Below the pieces are notes generated by a model. It saw nothing but the letters and a program-made list of their open reading frames with translations. It did no database searches and had not been told where the DNA came from. The position numbers and the translations under genes were made by a program. A stretch of DNA of 62,506 nt, the filler included, from an uncultured Chlamydiae bacterium (GTDB taxonomy: Bacteria > Chlamydiota > Chlamydiia > Chlamydiales > SM23-39): the NCBI GenBank assembly GCA_937899275.1. It is 2 parts of 2 records of this genome, joined end to end, with 100 filler letters (N's around TTAATTAATTAA, not from the genome) between each part and the next. Parts side by side here need not be neighbours in the genome. Positions count along the whole stretch, not along the records: positions 1 to 31,236 come from CALBPE010000104.1; 1 more part is not named here. The stretch is one strand, 5' to 3'. Below, piece by piece: positions 1 to 9,181 of the stretch; position 1 is the stretch's first letter; each line of letters opens with the position of its first letter.

Positions 1-1
1 G

Positions 2-1681
2 GAGCCAAATGCGCCAGTTGAAAGCCTATTTAGCACGCATATTTTACCTATAGAAACGCTAGAGATACGTAACTACATGGCGCTGGTTTTTTTCACAAAC
101 AGCCCTTCTGCAAAGGTAGTATTCTTAAAAAAAGTTAAAGGCATACAAATACAAGGACATGAGACTCTTGTAGAGATGTTCATAAAGAATAGAGCTTTAA
201 AAGCACAAAAAACTTCTTCTATCAATTCAGTAATTCCAGCAAAAGATCAACCCATAGGAAAGTCTTTATCAGAACACGACTACAAGCAATCGCACCTTGA
301 TTATAGCGACGCTCCTAACCCTCTTAATGATATAAGTCCAGAGGATATAAAATTAGAGAATGACTACTATGCTAAATTTGTAACCTGTTTCAAAGAAGTT
401 AAGCAGAGTGTTGTCATAAATACGATCACCGATGAACTCGACACTCTAGCATTGAAGATGGCTTTTCATTATAAGCAGAAAAACTTTAAAATAGGTACCG
501 ATAACCTAGGTACCGATAACCAGGGCATAGAGACCTTTATTAGTTCTGTTATAGAAACGGGGAGTTGGAGTAGTTGGATGGTCATGAGCACGCTAAAATA
601 TGCGCTATCGCATGGCTTCAAGCCATCAGATAATTTTATTGCAGCAATTATCAAAAAGGAAAACACCAATTTAATTATGCTTTTATTACAGCATGGAATC
701 TGTTCTAAAACCCTAATAGATCAATTGGAAGCTAATAAACCAAGTCAACCCTATGATTATTCGGGTTCTAGGTTAGCAGGCTTCATAATCAGAGCAATTA
801 CAACAATTGAGATTTATAAATATTGGGAGGATGAAATATTTAGCTCAAATAAACCCATTCAGCAAGACATTGGTGATAATTATCCTCCTAAAATTGAGCA
901 TGATGATGACAAATTAGCTATTAAGACCATAATCGAAAGAGAGATGCTGCGCGATGATCAAAAATCGTATAACAGTCTAGTAACATTTTTTAAAAACAAT
1001 CCTCAGCTTCATTTCAAATCTACTATAGGAATCCGATTAGCTATTCAAAAGCAAGACCTAGACGCTTTGAACCTATTTATTAGCCGTACCGATCTGGAAT
1101 ACCTTATAGAAACAGACAATTTCTTCTTACCTCGAGACGATTGTAAGAGCATGCTTAAAGAGTTTGCGGAAGCTGGAGGAATAGATAGAACGTACCTTAC
1201 AAAAGAAGAATTCGTACAAGAATATAATAGAAGATTTCCTGAAAATAGCAACTTTGATAGAACACGTTTACGCATCATATATGCATTGAGACAGACTGGG
1301 ATTTTTCCAAAACAACAGCAAAACAAACATAACGCAGATTGCGAGGGACAAATTATGGACCTGAGTAACCGCATCGGGGATTTAAAAAGTATAGATCTTG
1401 AAACAGTAGATGAGTGCCCTGAAAAGACAGTTGTCGATGAAATTCGGAAGCTTACAGATAAAACACCCCATACTGTTTTCAAATTGTTAAAACGGCATCT
1501 CCTCAATAGTGAAGACAACAATTTGTCTGCGGCAGCAGCATTAAAAAGGTTAAAGGTAGAACTGCACCCCGACAAAGCTGGAGGAGAAAAAACACACTCT
1601 AATGGATACATACGCCAACAATTATTCCATATCACCTGTGCTATTTACGGATTTTATTCCGCGAGTCAGCCTTCTTGGTAA
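2..1681 (+). CDS. Hypothetical protein, probably 5'-truncated by the window edge, with a C-terminal J-domain-like (HPD) segment; candidate effector
   Basis: Frame is open from position 2 (EPNAPVESLF...) through the ATG at 77. C-terminus has LKRLKVELHPDKAGG...QQLFHITCAIY, resembling J-domain helix II-HPD-helix III. Confidence 0.7.
   Translation, partial: EPNAPVESLFSTHILPIETLEIRNYMALVFFTNSPSAKVVFLKKVKGIQIQGHETLVEMFIKNRALKAQKTSSINSVIPAKDQPIGKSLSEHDYKQSHLDYSDAPNPLNDISPEDIKLENDYYAKFVTCFKEVKQSVVINTITDELDTLALKMAFHYKQKNFKIGTDNLGTDNQGIETFISSVIETGSWSSWMVMSTLKYALSHGFKPSDNFIAAIIKKENTNLIMLLLQHGICSKTLIDQLEANKPSQPYDYSGSRLAGFIIRAITTIEIYKYWEDEIFSSNKPIQQDIGDNYPPKIEHDDDKLAIKTIIEREMLRDDQKSYNSLVTFFKNNPQLHFKSTIGIRLAIQKQDLDALNLFISRTDLEYLIETDNFFLPRDDCKSMLKEFAEAGGIDRTYLTKEEFVQEYNRRFPENSNFDRTRLRIIYALRQTGIFPKQQQNKHNADCEGQIMDLSNRIGDLKSIDLETVDECPEKTVVDEIRKLTDKTPHTVFKLLKRHLLNSEDNNLSAAAALKRLKVELHPDKAGGEKTHSNGYIRQQLFHITCAIYGFYSASQPSW
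492..521 (+). repeat. 15-bp tandem repeat x2 inside the CDS (GTDNL/GTDNQ)
   Basis: taggtaccgataacc at 492-506 and 507-521. Confidence 0.85.
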
Positions 1682-1707
1682 AGGGCCTTTTGATTAAAGT
1701 TTCTTTA

Positions 1708-2345
1708 TAGTCCAATCGCAAATATTTTTGAAAAATACCCTTAGTGTCCACGAGTCAAGCAGCTTGCTTTCTTCTTTCTGCGATATTCTCAGATGTGGAT
1801 AGATTTGCATCTTCACAAAAATTTACGTTCATAGTCCAGTTTAGCTTTGTCTCTATAGTCCAGTGATTTCTTACCATTTTTCCTAATTTTTCTGGATTCA
1901 GGCTTAGTTTAGAGGTATATAGTCTTTTTTTCAGAAACTTTACCTTTTACTTTCCGACGGGAGACGATTTATAGTAATGTTTTTAGATCTCTCCACGACT
2001 CTTTACTAACAAAACAGTTTAATTTGGTGGTTAAACAACCCTCTCTTTCCTCTATTCTTCTATGACCTTTTTCACAACTTCCACTCGTTTGATAGTCTGC
2101 TTCTGCATGGAGCAAGTAGTTATTTAATTTTGTAGATAATATTTTTTTGACAACCAGCCGCATCAATTGTAACTGTAGCATCTATAAGATCTAGGCTATT
2201 GATTAACTCTGGAATCGCTGCGATTTCATTTGATTTTTCAGATATTTTTACCTGGCCTAATAGTAAGTTGCGCTCAGATCTCAGGCAGAGATTAAATGCA
2301 ACTTATTCCCTCCAGAAATAGCTTCTCTAAGATGCTTATCTCAAA
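1708..2345 (-). mobile_element. Degraded ISAs1-family transposase remnant
   Basis: Minus-strand motifs across several frames: LHLISA*, LLLGQVKISEKSNEIAAIPELINSLDL..ATVTIDAAGCQKNI, EKGHRRIE, VRNHWTIETKLNWTMNVNFCED, RRKQAA. Contains stops, frameshifts and an internal deletion. Boundaries approximate. Confidence 0.85.
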
Positions 2346-2445
2346 TAATGATAAGAAGATCTAAGCAGATTTCATCAAGATGATCTAAGTAATGTAAATA
2401 AAAAGATCGTGTTTTATTGTATCGGTATCTTCTACTTAATTTTCG

Positions 2446-2821
2446 GTGTTTATGACAATTCCAATTGATAATTCTTGCCTATATTTCGCGTGTCTTACTT
2501 GCTTGAGTGCTGGGAAAAAGTGGGGACAAAGTGACGATGCCCATACTGATTTTCAGAAAGCGGTAGGTGAACTAATTGCGCCTATCATTACAAACTCGCA
2601 TGCAAGTATAATCCAGCAAGCCTTTTTCAAATGCCCTTTGCAATATTCAGGTACAAGTGGTCAAAGAAGCAGGTTCATTAGATGCATTAGCCAAAGGCTA
2701 CCTAAAGGCATTAGGGGACTTTCACCTTAGCGTAGTAAGAGAACATCCCATCCACTATCGAGAAGTTTGGAAAAAGCTGCATAGCTATTTGAATCATCAA
2801 AAAGATGAAAAAGCCTTATAA
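2446..2821 (+). pseudogene. Possible frameshifted hypothetical gene fragment
   Basis: 94-aa ORF. From about 2620 a neighbouring frame reads NALCNIQVQVVKEAGSLDALAKGYLKALGDFHLSVVREHPIHYREVWKKLHSYL...KAL* up to the mutS 3' end. Confidence 0.3.
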
Positions 2822-5395
2822 TAAAGAGGCTTTTTCTTGCAGCTCATAAAGCTTTTGTTGTACTTCTACAGGGGTCATCCGATCTAGGGAGAGCTTGGAT
2901 ATCTCTTGGATCCAAAAGATTTCTTGTTTTTGGAAGAGCTCTAGCTGCGTTGCGTCTATACGCTCTTCAGTAGAACTAGTGGAAAGAGGCTCTTCGAGTT
3001 TTCCGTCTTCTAGTTTCTTGAGCATTTTTTCCGCTTTATTGAGACAATCGGGGGGGAGGCCTGCGAGTTTAGCTACGTGTATTGCATAGCTTTTAGGCGC
3101 TTTTCCTGGGCGTATTTTATGTAAAAATACGATGCCGTAGCGGTCTTCTTGCACAGCTACTTGGTAGTTTTTTGCGCTAGAGATGGCGTCTGGAAGGTCG
3201 GTTAATTCTCGGTAATGTGTGGCAAAAAGCGTTTTTGCAGGGACTTTTTGTAAGAGAAATTCAGCTACTGCCCAAGCAATAGAAATCCCGTCGTATGTAC
3301 TTGTCCCCCTTCCAATTTCATCGAGAATCACCAAGGATTTAGGAGTGGCGTTTTGTAAAATGGTGGCAGTTTCTTGCATTTCTACCATAAATGTAGAAGC
3401 TCCGCTTGCAATATCATCTGACGCTCCAATGCGGGAAAACACCTCATGGATGGGGCTGAGTGTCATACGAGAAGCAGGGACAAAGCTGCCTGCCTGCGCC
3501 AGTATTACCAGAAGGGCGCATTGACGGATGTAGGTAGACTTACCCGCCATATTAGGGCCTGTGATGATATGCATACGGCTGGTCGAAGAAAAATGGGTGT
3601 CATTGGGTATGAAAGCAGAAAATCCAAGAGACCTTTCAATAATCGGATGCCTTCCATTTTCAATGAGAAGGACATCTTCTTCTTGAATAGATGGCCTTGT
3701 GTATTGATGCAAAGAAGCGTTTTCTGCAAAGGCGTAAATCACATCGACTGTGGCAATCGCTTTTGCAAGGGATTGTAAAGAAGTAGTGAAGGGTTGCACT
3801 TTTTCTTTCAGCTCGGCAAATAACGTTTTTTCAAGCGCTTTAATTTTTTCCTCAGCGCTTAAAATGGTATACTCAAATTCTTTTAGCTCGGGGGATAAAA
3901 ACCGCTCTGAATTCGTTAACGTTTGCTTGCGTACAAATGAGCTGGGCATGTTTTTTGCTTGGGCTTTACTCACATCGATGTAATAGCCAAATGCTTTTGT
4001 ATAGGCGACTTTAATTGTTTTGATGCCGAGATCTTTCCGCAAGGTTTCTTGGTAAGTAGCGATCCATGCCTGGCTATTTGCTCTAAGCTCTACTAGCTGG
4101 TCTAAACGCTCATGATACCCTTTTCTAAAGGTGGGAGCGTCGTGAAGCTTATAGGGAGGCTCATCTACAATGGCTTCTTCAATAATCGATACAACTTGAT
4201 CGATGCATTGAATCGCAGCATAAGCCTTTACAAGAAGATCCGCTTTAAATGGGGGTAGAGACTGGATTTTTTTTGCTGCAAGTAACGATTCTTTTAACGA
4301 AGCAAAGTCTTTAGGAGATGCGTATCCGCTTGCAATACGCATAATCAGCCTTTCAATATCCCGTATATTTTGCAGGTATTGACCTAGGGTTGAGGAGTCT
4401 TCTATTCTAGAAATCATTTCTTCTACTGCATCATGCCTTTCATGAATTGCATGGATTTGTAGTAAAGGGCGTTTGATCCAGTTGCGAAGAAGCCTTGCTC
4501 CCATAGGCGTTTTTGTTTTATCTAACACTTTGATGAGAGAAAAGGGTTGATCTTCCGAAGCTAAGATATTGAGATTTTTCAGACAGGTTTTGTCTAAAGA
4601 CATAAACTGGGTAAAAGGGTCTTTTTCCAGCTTTTGGATGTGGCTGAGTTCGATATACAGCTTTTCTTTTAGGTAGTATAGCAGCGCGCCTGCAGCAGAA
4701 ATTTCACTAAAGGAGCCTTCTAGCCCCAGTTTATGTAAGGAAGATACTTGAAAATGCTCTTCTAAACAGTCGCTGCAAAGAAAAGGGTCGAAAAATTTAT
4801 CTTCTTGCGTATTGAGAAGAAAGGAAAACTCCTTGGAAAGATCCTCTAAAAATGCTGCCTGTTTTTCTGCAAAACTGCGCGATACTAAAAGCTCAGCTGG
4901 TCTTAGCCGGCAGATTTCCCCACTAATTTCTCTAGGATCGGTTGTCTCTAAAACGCGAAATTCACCGGTACTGATATCGATGATGCCTAAAGCAAATGAC
5001 TGATTGATTTGGGCGATGCTGATAAAAAAGTTATTTGACTGGTCGGATAAAAGCCTCGATTGAATCAGCGATCCAGGAGAAAGAAAGCGGACAATATCCC
5101 TTTCTACAATACCTTTTACATCTTTAGGGTCTTGGAGCTGTTCTGCAATAGCGATTTTATAACCTTTAGCAAGAAGCTTATCTAAGTAAGGCTCTGCTGC
5201 TTGATAAGGCACGCCGCACATGGGAATTTCTTGCCTACTGGTTAAAGTAAGGCCAAGTTCTTTTGCCATGCAGATGGCGTCATCGTAAAACGCTTCATAA
5301 AAATCTCCTAAACGAAAAAAAAGAAGCGCTTCTTTCGCTTTTTCCTTGCAGCGGTGCCACTGCTGCATCATAGGAGTGGTTTTTACTGAATTCAT
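2816..5395 (-). CDS. mutS: DNA mismatch repair protein MutS
   Basis: TPMMQQW, FRLGDFYE, TGPNMAGKSTYIRQ, DEIGRGTST, FATHY; ATG at 5395 preferred. Confidence 0.97.
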   Translation of the reverse strand: MNSVKTTPMMQQWHRCKEKAKEALLFFRLGDFYEAFYDDAICMAKELGLTLTSRQEIPMCGVPYQAAEPYLDKLLAKGYKIAIAEQLQDPKDVKGIVERDIVRFLSPGSLIQSRLLSDQSNNFFISIAQINQSFALGIIDISTGEFRVLETTDPREISGEICRLRPAELLVSRSFAEKQAAFLEDLSKEFSFLLNTQEDKFFDPFLCSDCLEEHFQVSSLHKLGLEGSFSEISAAGALLYYLKEKLYIELSHIQKLEKDPFTQFMSLDKTCLKNLNILASEDQPFSLIKVLDKTKTPMGARLLRNWIKRPLLQIHAIHERHDAVEEMISRIEDSSTLGQYLQNIRDIERLIMRIASGYASPKDFASLKESLLAAKKIQSLPPFKADLLVKAYAAIQCIDQVVSIIEEAIVDEPPYKLHDAPTFRKGYHERLDQLVELRANSQAWIATYQETLRKDLGIKTIKVAYTKAFGYYIDVSKAQAKNMPSSFVRKQTLTNSERFLSPELKEFEYTILSAEEKIKALEKTLFAELKEKVQPFTTSLQSLAKAIATVDVIYAFAENASLHQYTRPSIQEEDVLLIENGRHPIIERSLGFSAFIPNDTHFSSTSRMHIITGPNMAGKSTYIRQCALLVILAQAGSFVPASRMTLSPIHEVFSRIGASDDIASGASTFMVEMQETATILQNATPKSLVILDEIGRGTSTYDGISIAWAVAEFLLQKVPAKTLFATHYRELTDLPDAISSAKNYQVAVQEDRYGIVFLHKIRPGKAPKSYAIHVAKLAGLPPDCLNKAEKMLKKLEDGKLEEPLSTSSTEERIDATQLELFQKQEIFWIQEISKLSLDRMTPVEVQQKLYELQEKASLL

Positions 5396-5522
5396 GAAAT
5401 GATTTTTGCAGATTTTCGAAGAAATTCTCAAGGAAAAAACCACCTCACCCTTTATAGTAGGAGCTATACAGAGATGTTATGCTTTATCATGTAAGCGAAA
5501 CGCCTTTACAAGAGATCTGCCC

Positions 5523-7349
5523 ATGCCCACATTTTCTAAAAGAAGCCTAGAAATCCTAAGAGAAAAAATGGATATCGTATCGGTGATCTCTTCTTGTGTT
5601 GCCCTGCGGCCTAAGGGAGCTACTTTAACCGCTTGCTGTCCATTTCATGAAGAAAAAACGCCGTCTTTTGTAGTAAAAAGAGGCGATACACACTACCACT
5701 GTTACGGGTGTGGAGCTCATGGCGATGCGATCCAGTTTATGATGGAGTATCATAAAATGGGTTTTGTAGAAGCGGTGGAAAAACTTGCAGAAATGTTTCA
5801 TGTGCCTTTAGAGGAAAAAAGCGAACGGGAGTACCAAGGTCCTAGTAAAGCGCTTTTAAAAGATGTAGTGGCTAGCGCATCTAGGTTCTACCAAGCAATG
5901 CTCTTGTACACAAAAGAGGGAGAAAAAGCTCTTGAATACCTATATAACAGAGGTTTAGATCTCCATTTTATCCGTACGTATGGTATCGGCTTTGCCCCGA
6001 GTCATCCTCGGCTTTTTCAAGCGTATATGGAGAAAAAACAAATTGCCTTTCCTTTGCTAGAAAAAGCTGGGCTGATGAAACGCATTCAGGGGCAAAAAGA
6101 ACGCGATTTTTTCTCTGGAAGAATCATGATCCCGATTTTGAGTAGATTAGGCGAGCCGATTGGATTTACTGGCAGAAAGATTTCCGATCAGATCTACGGG
6201 CCTAAATACATCAATACCCCTGAGACGCCTCTTTTTAAAAAATCCCATGTTTTATTTGGCCTTTCTTATTGTAGAAAAGAAATCGCTTCCACGAAAAAAG
6301 CCCTCCTTGTCGAAGGGCAGATCGATGCACTTCGTTTGATTCATGCAGGGTTTGCGATGACGGTAGCTCCGCAGGGAACCGCCTTTACCGAAGACCAGGT
6401 AAAAGAGCTTAAACTTCTCGGTGTAGAGACGGTATACATCGCTTTTGACGCTGATGAAGCGGGGCAAAATTCAGCGGAAAAAGCGGGTAGTCTCTTGCAA
6501 AAAGCAGGGATTGCTGTGTATGTAATAGAACTCATGGAAGGGATGGATCCCGATACTATTTTACTCGAAAAAGGACCCAAGTATTGGCAGAAATTAATCG
6601 ATGAAGCAAAAGAGTATCTATCGTTTTTATTCATCCGAAAAAGGCGGGGAAAACACCTCGAGTCTCCCGCAGAAAAAACCCACGTTATAGAAGAGGTAGC
6701 TGCGATTATCCGCAGCTGGGAAAACTCTTTGATGGTACACGAAAGCCTTCGAAGCCTTGCAAAAATTGCAGATGTTCCCGATTGGACCTTAGGTCTAGAA
6801 GCAGAATCTACCCAGATAGAAATGCAAAAATCAGGTTCGGTGATACAAGAAAGAATTGATCCTGACAGGGTGTTAGAAGCCGAGTTTCTGCGCTGGCTGC
6901 TTTCTTTTGGTGAAACCCACCCAGAGCTGATCTATTTAGCAAAAAGAAATCTACAACTAGAAGATCTAAAGGGAAAAAGTGCAAGGATACTTTTTTCCCT
7001 TTATTTGGAACAAACCTCTGCTGGAAAAACGTTTGATCTTCTTTCTTTGATGGTAGAGCTGAAGGATGATACCCATAAGTTTTTAGAAGAAATTTTAAAT
7101 AAGAAGGTTGATCCCACCAAAGCGGTTTCTTGTATGGTCCATACGATACAAAAGATCTTAGAAAGAAGGTGGATGGAAAAAAGAGAAGCGGTTAAACAGA
7201 AAATTGTGAGTGGTACGCTGGAAGAAGAGGAGGCTTTAGAACTTGCGAAAGAATTCGATGAGCTCAAAAAAAACATGCCTGAAGTCCACACAGAAATCCC
7301 CGGTGAAGAAGCGTCTGAAGAAGAATTTCTCCATTCTAGTGATCTTTGA
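5523..7349 (+). CDS. dnaG: DNA primase
   Basis: CPFHEEKTPSF...HCYGC zinc finger, KYINTPET, VEGQID and FDADEAG TOPRIM motifs; ATG at 5523. Confidence 0.97.
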   Translation: MPTFSKRSLEILREKMDIVSVISSCVALRPKGATLTACCPFHEEKTPSFVVKRGDTHYHCYGCGAHGDAIQFMMEYHKMGFVEAVEKLAEMFHVPLEEKSEREYQGPSKALLKDVVASASRFYQAMLLYTKEGEKALEYLYNRGLDLHFIRTYGIGFAPSHPRLFQAYMEKKQIAFPLLEKAGLMKRIQGQKERDFFSGRIMIPILSRLGEPIGFTGRKISDQIYGPKYINTPETPLFKKSHVLFGLSYCRKEIASTKKALLVEGQIDALRLIHAGFAMTVAPQGTAFTEDQVKELKLLGVETVYIAFDADEAGQNSAEKAGSLLQKAGIAVYVIELMEGMDPDTILLEKGPKYWQKLIDEAKEYLSFLFIRKRRGKHLESPAEKTHVIEEVAAIIRSWENSLMVHESLRSLAKIADVPDWTLGLEAESTQIEMQKSGSVIQERIDPDRVLEAEFLRWLLSFGETHPELIYLAKRNLQLEDLKGKSARILFSLYLEQTSAGKTFDLLSLMVELKDDTHKFLEEILNKKVDPTKAVSCMVHTIQKILERRWMEKREAVKQKIVSGTLEEEEALELAKEFDELKKNMPEVHTEIPGEEASEEEFLHSSDL

Positions 7350-7716
7350 TGGTACCTGCGCTTTTTGTAGCCACTTTGTTTTTTCTCTCTTAAAAAAAGA
7401 TCGGGAAAAAAAACTCACATTCACCCCGTTACAATCTTGCTTTGCGCAAAACTTTCTGGCAGGTTTAGGCAAAAAAAAGCCCTATCCCGATTCGGTTATG
7501 GTCTTTTTTTCTAGTTCTAAAGAAATGGGTATAAGATGGTCTGCCCTGCAAATGCTGGCGCGGGCCTTGGGAAAAAATCGGGGCTATTTAGCTATTTCTT
7601 TGTATATTCCTAGATGGTTAGGGGACGCTATCTACCTTTTGGTTGCAAAATACCGCAAAGCGCTTTTTCGAAAGAAACAGCCTTTTACAGGCTATGAAGA
7701 TCGGATCCTTCACTAG
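7303..7716 (+). CDS. DCC1-like (DUF393) thiol-disulfide oxidoreductase family protein
   Basis: VIFDGTCAFC and YLLVAKYR motifs; start uncertain (GTG at 7303). Confidence 0.8.
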   Translation: MKKRLKKNFSILVIFDGTCAFCSHFVFSLLKKDREKKLTFTPLQSCFAQNFLAGLGKKKPYPDSVMVFFSSSKEMGIRWSALQMLARALGKNRGYLAISLYIPRWLGDAIYLLVAKYRKALFRKKQPFTGYEDRILH

Positions 7717-9094
7717 AGATCAGCGCTTTAATATGAGAGGGGAGCTTGTTCATGGGGATTCTTTCTTGCTTCATAGAGTCTCTTTCTCTTACAGTCACGG
7801 TCTGATCTTCTAGGCTATCAAAGTCGATGGTGATGCAGTAAGGCGTGCCGAGCTCATCTTGCCTGCGGTATCTTTTGCCAATAGCGCCTGTTTCATCGTA
7901 TTCTACTCTGCAGACCGATTGCATGGAGTGGAATAATTTTTTTGCTGCATTGACTAAAGGCTCTTTTTTCATCAAAGGAAATATCGCAGCATGTACAGGA
8001 GCGATATGCGGCTTAAAATGCAGAACGACTCTAGTTTCTCCGTTTTCTAAGCGCTCCTCTTCATAGCTATCGCAAAGAAGAGCTAAAAGCGTTCTATCTA
8101 ACCCAAATGTAGGTTCAATCACGTGGGGTAAAAATACCTCGCCCGTTTTTGGATCTCGGTACTGCAGCTTTTCTTTTGCATGGGTTTGATGGCTTGATAA
8201 ATCGAAATCCCCTCGATAGGCAAGTCCATAGAGTTCACCTACACCAAAAGGAAACTGGTAGGTGATATCCACCGTTTTTTTTGAATAATGCGACAGCTCT
8301 TTTGCGTCATGTTCTTTGATCGCTAAACGCTTTTCACTTAGGCCAATGGTCTTGCACCAAAGAAGCATATCTTCCATCCAATCTGAAAAGGTGGTTTCCC
8401 AGGCATCTTCTTTGATAAAATATTCAATTTCCATCTGTTCAAATTCAACGGTGCGGAAAATGAAATTACCGGGGGTGATTTCATTGCGAAACGCCTTTCC
8501 AATTTGAGCAATACCGAAAGGGATCTTTACCCTTGTGGTGTCTACAACATTTTTATAATCTAAAAAAATTGCCTGCGCTGTTTCTGGGCGGAGATACGCC
8601 TTGGTTTCTGCAGAGTCTTTGGTCTTACTCATCTGCGTTTGAAACATTAAATTGAAGTGCCTTGCTTCAGTAAACTCTTTTTTTCCACAAACAGGACAAG
8701 AGATCGATTCTTGGATGATTTGCGTCATCTCCTCAAGAGTTTTTCCTTCAGCAGAATTTTTTGTAGCCTGTTCAATTAAATGGTCTGCTCGAAAACGGGA
8801 TTTACAAGCTTTACAGTCAATAAGAGCGTCATTAAAACCCTCTAAGTGTCCTGAGGCTTGCCAAGCCCTTGGGTGGAGTAAAATGGGTCCATCGAGTCCT
8901 ACAATATCTGCTCTTTTCTCGACAAAGGTTTTCCACCATAAAGATCGGAGCGTATTTTTTAACGCTGACCCATAAGGTCCGTAAGAATAGGTGTTTGCAA
9001 ATCCGCCATAGAGCTCAGATCCAGGGTAAATAAACCCTCTTCTCTTGGCTAAAGAAACAATAGGCTTTAAAGATGATAAGATATTGGTACTCAT
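7685..9094 (-). CDS. glyQS: Glycine--tRNA ligase, homodimeric (alpha2) type
   Basis: YLRPETAQ, GKAFRNEITP, EFEQME, IEPTFGLDR, IGKRYRRQDE anticodon-binding domain; 469 aa. Confidence 0.95.
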   Translation of the reverse strand: MSTNILSSLKPIVSLAKRRGFIYPGSELYGGFANTYSYGPYGSALKNTLRSLWWKTFVEKRADIVGLDGPILLHPRAWQASGHLEGFNDALIDCKACKSRFRADHLIEQATKNSAEGKTLEEMTQIIQESISCPVCGKKEFTEARHFNLMFQTQMSKTKDSAETKAYLRPETAQAIFLDYKNVVDTTRVKIPFGIAQIGKAFRNEITPGNFIFRTVEFEQMEIEYFIKEDAWETTFSDWMEDMLLWCKTIGLSEKRLAIKEHDAKELSHYSKKTVDITYQFPFGVGELYGLAYRGDFDLSSHQTHAKEKLQYRDPKTGEVFLPHVIEPTFGLDRTLLALLCDSYEEERLENGETRVVLHFKPHIAPVHAAIFPLMKKEPLVNAAKKLFHSMQSVCRVEYDETGAIGKRYRRQDELGTPYCITIDFDSLEDQTVTVRERDSMKQERIPMNKLPSHIKALISSEGSDLHSL

Positions 9095-9126
9095 TGCCTC
9101 TAAGCATAGCTTTTTTTTGTTAGATA

Positions 9127-9135
9127 TGCTATAAT
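9127..9135 (+). promoter_or_regulatory. Extended -10 promoter element for the kinase gene
   Basis: TGcTATAAT about 46 bp upstream of the start at 9182. Confidence 0.45.
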
Positions 9136-9181
9136 TATTTCTCGGTTGTAATTTGCGCTGATTATAAAAGGGGGGGTATTT

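Noticed and set aside
1045..1635. 196-aa antisense ORF and the many other 60-170 aa antisense or nested ORFs in the track
   Set aside because: They lie opposite or inside well-supported genes and have no recognisable motifs.
1831..1864. Direct repeat ATAGTCCAGT x2
   Set aside because: Explained by the HWTI/NWTM codons of the ISAs1 transposase remnant; not a CRISPR or regulatory repeat.
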